Source: Octopus bimaculoides (lineage: Eukaryota). Taken from it: a DNA stretch of 50,371 bases. How positions within the stretch are numbered: position 1 is the stretch's first letter; each line of letters begins with the position of its first letter. Positions 36,051-47,753 of the stretch are shown piece by piece. The notes beneath the pieces are model-generated. The model was not told the DNA's origin and ran no database searches. It saw only the letters and a program-made list of their open reading frames with translations. A program made the position numbers and the translations under genes. The stretch covers positions 56,019,874-56,070,244 of the forward strand of contig NC_068987.1 of assembly GCF_001194135.2 (NCBI RefSeq). Reading direction: 5' to 3'.

Positions 36051-36792
36051 CAAAATTTATCCAAAATGGAAACAAAAAACTCTAAGCAAGAAGAATCAAT
36101 GTGTGTAACATCGTTTTCCTTTACGTTTTTTTAACATCGGTTAGCGATAAAGCATTATTACCAGTATGAGGTAGCAAAATTATTGACCTAAGTTTTTCAG
36201 AAACGTTAAAGTTCCATTATATTTAACATAACATAAAAATACATTAACGTAAAAAAAAGTATTTATTAACATTTAACAAATAAACAAAAGCAATAAAATA
36301 ACACAAAGACGTTCCAGCTGTGACCATTATATCAATATATTGCTTAATATACATAAAATTGTTTAATATATATAAAAATATTTCCTTTTATTTTATACAA
36401 AAATGCTTTCTATTATATCTTGTTATTGAAACACAAGTGAATATAAAGAAAAAAATTTTACGTAGCATCATACAAACAGAAACTAAGTACATTTCGTCGT
36501 TTCGATTTCCGTAATGGTTTTACATTTCCTCTATTTTCATTCAAACGTGAGAGTAAAATAGCAAATAAGCCCGAATTCTATTTTAAACATATTGCAACAC
36601 AAATAAAGATTATGCAGAAACAATTTAAAATGTAATATAAAACACAAATGAATTACAATTGAAATTTGCGGTAACCATGCGTAATAATGCAGAAAATTCT
36701 TATGGATGGCATTATTACATGGTCAGTCGTCCTGCTAGAGATAGCAGCTCAGTTTAGAAAATAAAATAACAATATGTCTATATAGATCTGTT

Positions 36793-36905
36793 TTGGTTTC
36801 GGGTTGAATCCCACTGCGTGGTACCTTGGGTGTCTTCTACTATAGCCGCGGGTCGACTAAAGCCTTGTGAGTGGATTTGGTAGATGGAAACTGAAAGAAG
36901 CTCGT

Positions 36906-36959
<54 letters not shown>

Positions 36960-37135
36960 GCCGTCACCGCTTGACAGACGGTGTTGGTGTGTCTACGCCC
37001 CCGTAAGTTAGCGGTTCGGCAAAAGACACCGATAGAATAAGTGGTAGGTTTTAAAAATAAGTCCTGGGATCGATTTGTTCGACTAAAATCTTACAAGGCC
37101 GCTGTCAAATGACTATGACAAATAACAGAATATAT
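36793..37135 (+). mobile_element. SINE family AB, 5'-truncated, pure (TG)n slot
   Basis: GGGTTGAATCCCACTGCGTGG..GAAACTGAAAGAAGC, (TG)n, then GTTAGCGGTTCGGCAAAAG..GTCAAATGACT. Confidence 0.88.
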
Positions 37136-38202
37136 ATACCAACATAAAATCTTCTCAAATTAATTACCTCCAACAGATGTGCTCTAAATGTCAAGTTAGT
37201 ATATATAAAATAATGAACGCGACAAAAATGAAATGAAAGCAGAATCCCAGTGAATAATAGATTGATTTTAGAAACACCATTAAACTCAAATGAAAGCGGC
37301 ACTTTTTATAGAAATGCTTTGGAAATTTAAAGTAATTGCTATTCAATTTAGATTGAACTAACTGATTCCTTCCCCCTCTTCAAAAAGAGTACACCAAAAT
37401 TAAAACAATTATGACCAGTAGGCTAATAAATCGAAACTTCGATGTTACTGACAAGATTCTCCTTGTAATAATAAATATCAACTCCACTAAAAAGTATGGA
37501 GTAATTTAAAGTGAAATTGTTTTACATAAAAACAAAAGGTAATGTGGGAATGTGTGTGCGAGTGTGTGTGTGTGTGTCTGTCTGTCTGTCAGTCAAGCAT
37601 ACAAACGTGCGTACGCGAATACACCCACACAGTGTTTGGTAGTTTGGAACTTCGTAAAATACTTAGTTGAATAACCACTCTTTCACTATATATACTACTT
37701 CCCTTACGTCATAAGATATCACCTATTTACATCTAGGTAGGAAATGGATACGCAACTTATTACTGAAGAAGAACCAACACTTTATCTTATTTTCTAACTC
37801 ATAGACCCGACTAAGTTTGAAATTGATTCTCACTTAGGTCTAATGTTATATAACTGTATAGATATAGTTACATAATAGTAAGAAGGTTCGGAAAACAAAA
37901 TCGGGTTTACAAGACGTGAGATCATGGAACTATAGCAACATAATTACTGCTGATGTCTAGTTAGCTAATAAAACTGTGGAGATATATTTTTTAATATAAG
38001 TATTCATGCGGTGAGGTGCAATGTTTATGACCTTTGCAGGCCCGATACACTGGTGTGATTGTTACGGCTGACATCGAGCAAGTATACCTGCGAGAAAAAC
38101 GCGATCGGAGAGTGACCAAGTGTTGTTAGCAGTGAAATCCGCTATAAGCACTCAAAAACGATATGATACTGCTACTGCTGGTTGCTATGATTCAACAAAA
38201 TT

Positions 38203-38420
38203 ATAATATATATTTCTTTACTGCCCACAAGGGGCTAAACATAGAGGGGAAAGACAAGGATAGACAAAGGCATTAAGTCGATTACATTGACCCCAGTGCG
38301 TAACTGGTACTTTATTTATCGACCCCGAAAGGATGAAAGGCAAAGTCGACCTCGGCGGAATTTGAACTCAGAACGTAACGGCAGACGAAATACCGCTAAG
38401 CATCTCGCCCGGCGCGCTAA
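38203..38420 (-). mobile_element. SINE family C variant with an alternative 3' tail
   Basis: Same head and core as 42042-42243, but the tail reads (+) TTCTTTACTGCCCACAAGGGGCTAAAC rather than CCTTTCTACTATTGGTACAAGGCC. Confidence 0.85.
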
Positions 38421-39100
38421 TATACACCACCTGTACACATGTACATGTGTGTGTGTGTGTGTGTGTGTAATTCCATATTCGGGTATACATCTTGTAGTAT
38501 GCCGTTTAAAGCCCGTTCACAGTATTCCGCTACCTGATATCATCAGCCGTATGGAAGTATTTTATATACATATAAAATATGAAAGAAAGACACTTGAATT
38601 TACGAGATTCTTTATTATTCACTACGATGGATTCGACCCATCGTGCACTGGGACTTCGTGGTTGAGATGCTATACAAACAGTTGTTGTGTATCGAAGGTG
38701 CAGATATGTCTCATCAGATGACTTGTCAAATAGTACCTCGTTTTATAATTTCCGTTTTGCTTATTTGTATTAGAGTACATTTTGGTAGTTGCAGTGCGCT
38801 ACTCGTCTACACACATATATATATATATATATTTACACACACACACGCTTATGTGTGTGTTTGCATATAAGTCAGGATGTTACCTAACGTTAAAAGTGCA
38901 GTAGGCGTCTTTATTGCATGTAGGGAAATACACATATTTTGATAATGTCTTTTAAACTATACTTTAGTTTAATTATAAATATTATACATGCATATATCTG
39001 ATTATTGGTTATTTACTTGTTCTCTTTCCGAAGCCTGTTATTGTTGATGCTATCGCTGTTATTGTTATGGTCATTGCCATTGTGATTGTGACAAACAAGA

Positions 39101-39136
<36 letters not shown>

Positions 39137-39308
39137 AGTTAATATTTAAATAGAAACCAAAAGAAAAAAGTAACTGGTGCATCCATCGCCTCCTAGCCCA
39201 GAACCCATAAAGAAGTTTCTACTCCCCAAGCTATTTTGAGAAACATTGTCTTAAAAGATGAGATATAGATATGGATCAAAACTGTGGAACTGAGTTTGCT
39301 GTTCTATG

Positions 39309-39365
39309 CCGGTCATAGGCAAACTACAGCCTGCGAGACTTTCTGAAATCACGCCTTAAAAAAAC
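39309..39365 (+). mobile_element. Degenerate hAT/Charlie terminus
   Basis: CCGGTCATAGGCAAACTACAGCCTGCG resembles CAGGGGTCGGCAAACTACGGCCCGCG; cut by a gap. Confidence 0.35.
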
Positions 39366-40142
39366 ANNNNNNNNNNNNNNNNNNNNNNNNNNNNNNNNNN
39401 NNNNNNNNNNNNNNNNNNNNNNNNNNNNNNNNNNNNNNNNNNNNNNNNNNNNNNNNNNNNNNNNNNNNNNNNNNNNNNNNNNNNNNNNNNNNNNNNNNNN
39501 NNNNNNNNNNNNNNNNNNNNNNNNNNNNNNNNNNNNNNNNNNNNNNNNNNNNNNNNNNNNNNNNNNNNNNNNNNNNNNNNNNNNNNNNNNNNNNNNNNNN
39601 NNNNNNNNNNNNNNNNNNNNNNNNNNNNNNNNNNNNNNNNNNNNNNNNNNNNNNNNNNNNNNNNNNNNNNNNNNNNNNNNNNNNNNNNNNNNNNNNNNNN
39701 NNNNNNNNNNNNNNNNNNNNNNNNNNNNNNNNNNNNNNNNNNNNNNNNNNNNNNNNNNNNNNNNNNNNNNNNNNNNNNNNNNNNNNNNNNNNNNNNNNNN
39801 NNNNNNNNNNNNNNNNNNNNNNNNNNNNNNNNNNNNNNNNNNNNNNNNNNNNNNNNNNNNNNNNNNNNNNNNNNNNNNNNNNNNNNNNNNNNNNNNNNNN
39901 NNNNNNNNNNNNNNNNNNNNNNNNNNNNNNNNNNNNNNNNNNNNNNNNNNNNNNNNNNNNNNNNNNNNNNNNNNNNNNNNNNNNNNNNNNNNNNNNNNNN
40001 NNNNNNNNNNNNNNNNNNNNNNNNNNNNNNNNNNNNNNNNNNNNNNNNNNNNNNNNNNNNNNNNNNNNNNNNNNNNNNNNNNNNNNNNNNNNNNNNNNNN
40101 NNNNNNNNNNNNNNNNNNNNNNNNNNNNNNNNNNNNNNNNNN

Positions 40143-40183
<41 letters not shown>

Positions 40184-40197
40184 TATATATACATATG

Positions 40198-40228
<31 letters not shown>

Positions 40229-41196
40229 ATGTGTGTGTGTGTACATTATATATATGTGCGTGTCTGTATCGTATGTATTTGTGTAGGCATACATTATATG
40301 CATATCTAATATTTGCGTGACAAACTGCAGTATGAGTCGATCATGGAATCTTATCAAACGAATGGAAAATAGTATCATTTAAAGAAAAACACGGTTATAA
40401 TATTTATCTATGCGAAGGTTTATTGGAGAGAGTTTCGAACAAGAGAGAGACGTGTAGAGAAAGGACAAGAGGAAGAGAAAAGAGAAAAAGGAAGGAAAAT
40501 ACTGAAGCGTCAGTAAAATTTATATCTAAAAGTATTATGTTTGATGTATGTAGCGACAGAAAGATGGAAATAATTTAAATATTGTAAAGCGAAGGGAAAA
40601 GATTAAGAAATTATGGAGAAAACAAAGGGAAAGAAGAATAAAAGAGGAATAGTTAAGAAAGAGGCATAATTGATAGCTTAAGAGAGGGCAAACAAAATAT
40701 ATGAAGGTTTAAATACCTTTGAGAAACTCTTATAAGTGTACTATGGAAGAAAACATTATTAACTAATTAAAATATAATAATAGTAATAAAATAGTAAGAA
40801 TATTGACAGTAAAAGCAATATATTGTCTGAGAATCGTATGGCGTTTATAAACAATTTATGTGGTATGCTGAAAAATATTCCTGTTAAAACTATTAGCGCT
40901 GTTGAGAAAATGATTTGACGTATTCTTACAGGTTAAAAAAGCGAACCGTAAAATAATATTTAAGTCAGATCTTATAAATTAATCAAAGGTATTTAAATAA
41001 ATCTAGACAAGGCTGGGCGAAATTGTGGAAGTATACATTATTTAAAAAAGGTGAATAAATACCATAGTTGGTGAGGTACAGGAAAGATAAATAAGAGAAA
41101 AGGAAAAGAAACTAAATATATATAAAAATAGATAGATAGATCTCTAGTAAGTTTTAGAGACTGGTGGGGGGAAGAAAACGAGGAAATGCGTAGTCA

Positions 41197-41492
41197 GTTG
41201 TTGTTTGTTCCTTCTCGAGCTATGCCTGGCTTATAAGGGTCAGTTCCCGGTTTCATTGACGTATAGGTTCCCCACCTGGACGGGACGCCGGTCCGTCGCA
41301 GGTGAGCTGCTAGATGCAGGAGGAAAGAGTGAGAGAAAGTTGTGAGGAAAGAGTCAGCAGATGTCCGCCGTTACCTTCTGCCGGAGCTGCGTGGAGCTTA
41401 GGTGTTTCGCTCAAAAACACACTTCGCTCTGTCTGAGATTCGAACCCGCGATCCCAAGTCCGCTGCTCTAGCCTTTAGGCTATGTGACTCCA
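41197..41492 (-). mobile_element. SINE family V, diverged subfamily
   Basis: CTGGACGGGACGCCGGTCCGTCGCAGG, AAGAGTGAGAGAAAGTTG, TGCCGGAGC..GTGGAGCTTAGGTGTT and B-box GATTCGAACCC, colinear with 23012-23328; (AAC)n-type tail. Confidence 0.8.
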
Positions 41493-41589
41493 CACATAGT
41501 AATAGAATTAAATTATTAAAATATCGAGTATGGGCTGAAATAATAATTCTTGCTAATTTTGGTACAACGCAAGCAATTTTGTGAGCGAG

Positions 41590-41768
41590 ATTGGGGAGCA
41601 AGTCGATTACATCGATTCCCTGTTCTCAAATGGAACTTTATTTTATCGACCTTAAAAGCATGGAAAACAAAGAAGACTTCGGCAGTATTTGAACTCAGAA
41701 CGTAAAACCGGAAGGAATGCTGCCAAGCATTTTGTCATGAGTGGTAACGACCCTGACAGTTTGTCGCC
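41590..41768 (-). mobile_element. SINE family C, ladder copy 1 (most diverged)
   Basis: AGTCGATTACATCG..TTTATCGACC..TTTGAACTCAGAACGTAAA..AAGCATTTTGTC. Confidence 0.75.
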
Positions 41769-41788
41769 TTATGAGCGAGGATAATAAT

Positions 41789-42023
41789 GATTTCTTTGTT
41801 TATGAGCTGGCATAACAATTTCAAATTTTGGCACAAGACCAGCAGTTTTGAGAGAGTTGGGTAATTCGATTACACCGACCCCAGTGTTCTTATTTTATTG
41901 ATCTCGAAAGGGATGAAAGGCAAAGTTGGCCTCGATGGAATTTTAACTCAGAACATAAAGACGAGCGAAATACCGTTAAACATTTTGCTCGGCGTGCTAA
42001 TAATCCTGCCAGCTCGCAGCCTT
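41789..42023 (-). mobile_element. SINE family C, ladder copy 2
   Basis: GATGAAAGGCAAAGTTGGCCTCG..AACTCAGAAC..CGGCGTGCTAATAATCCTGCCAGCTCGCAGCCTT. Confidence 0.85.
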
Positions 42024-42041
42024 AAGAGTTGGGACAATAAT

Positions 42042-42243
42042 CCTTTCTACTATTGGTACAAGGCCTAAAATTGGGAGGAGAGGATACTCGATTACATCGA
42101 CCCCAGTACTCAATTTATCGATCTCGAAAGGATGAAATGCAAAGTCGAACTCGACGGAATTTGAACTCAGAACGCAGCGACAGACGAAATACTGCTAAGC
42201 ATTTCGCCCGGCATGCTAACGATTCTGCCAGCTCACCACCATA
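42042..42243 (-). mobile_element. SINE family C, ladder copy 3, with perfect 18-bp TSD
   Basis: AAGAGTTGGGACAATAAT at 42024-42041 and 42244-42261 flanks a complete copy. Confidence 0.9.
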
Positions 42244-42770
42244 AAGAGTTGGGACAATAATGGGAATGGTTAACTGTTATGTAAACTAAAGAATAACAGT
42301 ATTCCGTTCTATGAACGGATAGTAAATAAATTTAGGGTTGAAAGTGGGGATATTATCTGAGTGAGATAGTGAAACAAGCTTTGAGATAGATGTTCAAAAA
42401 AGTTAATATCGTAGAAGATAAGGAAGAAAATATGTGGAAATACTCGGAAGTTGAATTAGAAGCGGGGAAGGGTCTAAACAGAAAATCAGAAAAAAATAAG
42501 TGTATTGGTTTTCAGTAAGAGAACAGGATAAATATAAGTAATAGAAATAAACAGAGCGGTTGCGTAAAGGGTAATAAATGATTTTATACTTGTAAAATGG
42601 CTAATAAATTGGGCTTAATATGAATGGATTTGATAAAAATGAATGCTCCAATAGGCGAAATAAGGCAAAATAGAGAAGTTAAAACAGGCAGACCAGAGTC
42701 TCAACTAAACTTGAATAGTAAAAAGATTAACTATTAAAATGAAGTTCTAATGTTAAAACGTACGATTATA

Positions 42771-43175
42771 AACTAGAAAAGCACTCGGAGAGAGCATACC
42801 TCCGCCAAGCTCCTTTTAAGATAAATACGCGAGTAAAATTACTAATAGAGAAACGAAAATAAACTTTGGAAACAGCAACGCCACTACAGGTTACGTGGAA
42901 ACGATGAACGGGTTTTCAATGGAGATAATCAAAGAACGTAATATTGTAATACTTCATGTAAAGTAACTATAACAAATGAAAAATCCTTCAAGAATCCATA
43001 AAAATTCCCAGATCACTACCAAAATTTCATCCTCTGTTCCTTGTGTCATTACCAACTTTTCCTGCAACTTTCATCAAATACCGTTCACAACTTTTTGAGT
43101 TATTTTGCACACAGACGGACAGACGGACAAACCAACGCCGATGAAAACATAACCTCCTTCCTTGGCAGAGGTAAT
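42771..43175 (+). mobile_element. HINE/DINE-1-like non-autonomous element (Helentron-associated)
   Basis: Starts AACTAG; subterminal IR ACCTCCGCCAAG (42798) / CTTGGCAGAGGT (43161, 1 mismatch). Also a 3' fold-back AACCTCC..AGAGGT and a (GACG/GACA) microsatellite seed near the 3' end. Confidence 0.7.
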
Positions 43176-43754
43176 AAATTATACAATAAATATAGTCAAT
43201 AAGTGGGTACAAACTTTATAAAGACATTTTGTAAAATAAATGAGTATAGAAGAATGAACAGTTTAATACGACCATAAGAAACGTTAGTGGATTAAGTGTG
43301 TTTATGAGAGTTAAATCTGTTTCTGATTTGGTAAAATTTAGAATTTATTGGTAAGAATAAGTTTTTGTGGACCTACATTTAAATACGAAATTCTATATTT
43401 GCTTATTGATGATATTTAGGATAACGAGACTATAGATATATGCAATAAATATTCATTCGTGGTATATTTTATGTCTTGAAATGTTTATTTGAAAGAGACT
43501 ATTAGTGGTTTTACAAGTGGTGACAAAGTTTCAGATCCTATGATTCTCCTCATAGTTACAAAATAAACGAAATCATAGAACGGCCTCTCATAATCCTTGG
43601 TAAAAGTAAAATAAAAAATAAACAAATACAATAAATTACTATATAAAAGTTATCAAATAATTTCAAAAACAGCCTGTTCTAGAATACTGGCTCTTAGGTT
43701 GAATGGTACAAGCTCCTTTCATCATAAGATCATAAGGTAGAAGGTAACTCCTTG

Positions 43755-44012
43755 ACATTGTTGACTCGAGCTCCAGGACTCTTAGGGCGGGTTACCCGGT
43801 TTTTTTTGGCGTATATGTTACAGAAATAACGGCAATTTTCCCTGAATGGGACGCCAGTCTGTCACAAGGTTAAACATTTACAGCTTAATTGACTAAAGCA
43901 ACCTTAAATGAAGTGTTTTGTCCACGAACACAACGCATCACCCGTCAGAGAATCGAAACCACGATCTTGCGATCTTCAGTGCAACACCCTAAACACTAGG
44001 CCACAGACTTTC
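43755..44012 (-). mobile_element. Old tRNA-headed SINE with CORE-like and V-like blocks
   Basis: Head TGGCCTAGTGTTTAGGGTGTTGCAC..GGTTTCGATTC; TGTGTTCGTGGACAAAACACTTCA; GACAGACTGGCGTCCCATTCAGG; AAACCGGGTAACCCGCC. Confidence 0.65.
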
Positions 44013-44822
44013 ACTGTTAGCTCATAAACAGGTGGCAAATGTTGAAAGGAATCTATGAAGACGCTTGGTTTTCACGGAGGCTGTAACTTTTTTTAAAGTA
44101 AAATCTTTAAACCATATGGAATTCTACATTTTTAGATATATTTTCAAAAAGAAAATCTTTGAAGGAATAGAATATAAACAAGGCATTGTTGTCAGTAAGC
44201 AGAAGCATGACTGCTGATGCACTGACTTTTAATATAATTTCATTGTATAACATAGAGAACATTAGTCCATGCAAATATCATGGTGAATATGATAATGTAA
44301 AAACATATGGATGATAAACATCTGCGCAAAATTAGCGCCTGTTTGACTGAAGTAATCTGCTCTTTGTTTTAATTTGCTTTTGAAAAACCTGGAAAGCGAG
44401 GCGCTTTTAATACGCCGTTTGGTGAAAGGAGATGTTCTGAGTCTTAAAAGATTGAGAACTTCTGGTCCACTTACAATACAGAAGATGTTTTCATTATATA
44501 AGAAAATGTACATTGAAACTGTGTGATAGCTTGTCATGTTTCTGAGTATCAACCTAATGCATTCAATATTTGCTTTTTACTTCATCTTTGTGTTGTATCT
44601 TTGTACCATATATGTGTGTATGTTTGTATGTATGTGTAGCTATGTATGAAAGTATGTATGTATATCATTAATCAGTTTTATTTCAAGATTTCGTGCCAAT
44701 AGAGAAAGAGCTGGTTTCTGACCTAGATCCAAGGTTCCTTCATTGAACTTTCAACATCAACAGGTACTTCTGTATGTATGTATGTATGTATGTATGTATG
44801 TATGTATGTATGTATGTATGTA

Positions 44823-45242
44823 GATTTATATGTTTTGTTTTATGAATGTCCTCTCATGCACATAGTCACATGTCTAGACATGATCATATGAACTTAAATG
44901 ATAAACTTCAAGAAAGTCTTAAAGAATTTTACAGCTCCAGCGATGAATTAGATGTGTAGTCTTCGAATCAGTTTTCTCCTTTCTGGTTTTGAGAAGCTTA
45001 ATTTCTCAAGATTGGTATTTAGGCAGTGTGTTACATATCCCGGTGTCCCCAATAATTATAGGTATAGATCTGAGTTTGTAATCTGGATAGAGTAGCTGTA
45101 GATTCCTCAACAGTTCAGCATATGTATTTTCTTTTTCGTTGGTCTCTAGCTTTATGTTAACACCCGCTGGGCAACTGATTTCCACAACTGTATAGTTTCT
45201 CTCTTCATCCCAAATTACAATATCAGGTCTATTATGTTTAGG
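44823..45242 (-). mobile_element. 3' end of an R4/Dong-like REL-endonuclease non-LTR retrotransposon, embedded in (TATG)n
   Basis: Minus frame HNRPDIVIWDEERNYTVVEISCPAGVNIKLETNEKENTYAELLRNLQLLYPDYKLRSIPIIIG has the REL signature PD..E..(EK)..Y. After a frameshift it continues GYVTHCLNTNLEKLSF..KTFLKFII* (stop 44894-44896), then a ~70-nt UTR. (TATG)n on both sides. Confidence 0.8.
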
Positions 45243-45663
45243 TATGTATGTATGTATGTATGTATGTATGTATGTATGCATGTGTGTATTATGTATGTAT
45301 GTATGTATGTATGTATGTATGTATGTATGCATTATGTATGCGTGTCACTTATTGTTTCTCCCCACAGCCTTAAGCACTGTGCCCTAGCATGGCTTCACTC
45401 CAACGACTGAAACCAGCAGAAATAAAAGTAATTATGGCTAATAAAAAAAATGATAATTAGAATCAACACAGATAAAGCCATTATTTCAGTAAAAACATAT
45501 TGAAAATCCAATTTATTTAAAACAAAGGAATTTAAAATGTTATTGGTTTTAGCTACTAAAAAGGAAATAATTCCTGCACATAGATTTGAAAACGAAATAG
45601 AAAGTTAATGATAAACGTTTACAAGTGAAGGTGTTCTTTAACGACAAAAGGTATTGTTTAAAG

Positions 45664-45712
45664 CAGGGTTGCGCAAATTTTCTCAAGAAGCGGCCCGCAC
45701 CAGACGGACCCG
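45664..45712 (+). mobile_element. hAT/Charlie terminal fragment
   Basis: CAGGGTTGCGCAAATTTT..GCGGCCCGCA preceded by GTTTAAAG, a Charlie-type target 8-mer. Confidence 0.45.
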
Positions 45713-45791
45713 CTAATAAAAAATTTTGATTAGCATTAAACACACACACAAACACACACACACACATACATACATAAATATATATATTATA

Positions 45792-46004
45792 TGAGGGTAA
45801 GTCAAAAATTATCCGCACTTTCGCCAGAACATATCTTTATTATTGTTGCACTACCTTCTGCGTATGCGTGCTTATAGATGGTACTATTGTGGTCAAACGA
45901 TTAAAGTTTGAGCCTGATCGCGCCGTTTTTCTTTCTGCCTTTACAGTATAAGCATGGCTGCCCCACTAGCAATGTGCACCAAAGAACAAAGAGCAGTGAT
46001 CCGA
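45792..46004 (+). mobile_element. Mariner 5' end: TIR, leader and transposase start
   Basis: TA|TGAGGGTAAGTCAAAAATTATCCGCAC TIR; ATG at 45954 gives MAAPLAMCTKEQRAVIR, matching the mariner N-terminal EQRxVIRF motif; then truncated. Confidence 0.8.
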
Positions 46005-46563
46005 GAGATTTAATCAAGATTTACCATACAAACTAACAATTCAGCTATAACTTACGATATAGGAACAGGTCCTACGACTACATTATATAAAATACGAAAA
46101 AATCAACAAGACATTTTTTAAATCAAAAGGTCAAAGAAAAAAAATAACGATATGATGCAATATAATATCAAATCACAATACATTAATCAAATTCACAGAT
46201 ATCGAAAATAAAATCAGGAACCGACAGTGAAAGTTGCTGTCATCCACAAATCGACAATCAATTAAGCCCTTATGAATTTTAAATAAATCAAAATTCATAA
46301 CAGTACACGTCATTCAAAAATAAATTATCACACTTGCATATTCAAAAGTATACATGCATGCGAAAATATAATTATATCGCTCCCAAAATAAAGACACTAC
46401 TTATTCTAGCAGAAAGATCACCCTCTGAGCGGTCTTCTGCTACTCACTAAATAACATTTACACATTTGATTCCCAATTTGTGTAATTTTCTTTCGTGCCC
46501 TATATTCATCAAATAGTACTCACTATCTCAGCATATGCATAAATTTACATATTGTGTGTATGA

Positions 46564-46565
<2 letters not shown>

Positions 46566-46641
<76 letters not shown>
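46566..46641. repeat. (TA)n microsatellite
   Basis: Perfect TA run abutting the Penelope-like RT fragment. Confidence 0.98.
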
Positions 46642-46643
<2 letters not shown>

Positions 46644-46681
46644 GGGAAAAAAGAACAATTGAAACTTTTTGAGAGGTCCAA

Positions 46682-47430
46682 AAAGAGATACACTGGTCAA
46701 ACACACTGGAAACTGTTAAATGGTTTCAATGCTTAAGCGACAAGAAGAAATCAAAGTTCATCCAATTTGACATTGATAATTATTATCAATTGATTAGTCC
46801 TATTCTACTTAATAAGGCTCTTATTTTCGCAAAGAATGGGACTAACGTATCAATGAAGGAAATAAAAGTTATACTTGAGGCGAGTAATTCGTCACCAAGG
46901 AAAAGTTTGGACTAGAAATGACACACCAGATTGCTTTGATATACCAATGGGCGCGCAAAATAGAGCCGAAGTCACAGACTTAGTCGGGATTCATTTACTA
47001 CACCTGCTCTATGAAGAACTCACAGAATTTGAAGGTGGTCTCTATAGGGATGATTTTCTGTTTGTAGTTCGAAATGCCTCCAACCGTAAAATCGAAATAT
47101 ATCAGAAGAGATTACATAAATGTTTCAAAAGCCATGGACTTACCATCATCATCGAGCAGTATCACACTTCTATGAACTTCCTGGACGCAAATCTTAACCT
47201 CACTACTTCAGCTTGCCAACCATACTATAAACCTCATAGCAATATTACTTATATACATGAGCAGTGCAATCATCCTTCTAACATTCTTGATAACATACCT
47301 TATAACATTGAAAATAGAATTAACTCATTATCTTCAAATGAAGGAATTTTTAATAAGCATTAAGACTATTACAGTCTGGCTCTTATGAATGCTGGTTATA
47401 AATATCAAATTAAGTACAACAATCATAACA
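46682..47430 (+). mobile_element. Penelope-like element reverse transcriptase fragment, decayed
   Basis: HWSNTLETVKWF..SKFIQFDIDNYY (RT motif A), frameshift near 46880, then FDIPMGAQNRAEVTDLVG (motif B), GLYRDDFL (motif C), NFLDANLNL, PYYKP..YIHEQCNHP (PLE thumb) and NEGIFNKH*DYYSLALMNAGY. Confidence 0.88.
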
Positions 47431-47709
47431 ACACCTATATAAATATGAATTTCAATAAACACACCACAATTTCTAAACCCCATCATGAATTGGAGCATCC
47501 TGGCACACAACTTAACTCTATGAAGTATATTTGTAAAGATAGCCCTATCATAAAAAAGAAAAAATGTTTAACAACTATGGACTAAATAACAAGACTTTTA
47601 CTAACCAGATTTCTACCAATACCTATATTTCTAATAAGATAAACAATTGTAATGTCACAGGCAGTCATTATGAGAAAAAACATTAACATACCCGGAAATA
47701 GTAACACGA

Positions 47710-47753
<44 letters not shown>

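Noticed and set aside
38030-38120. VIVTADIEQVYL, similar to the BEL/Pao RT motif ADIEKAF
   Set aside because: A single 12-residue echo with no downstream RT motifs or LTR.
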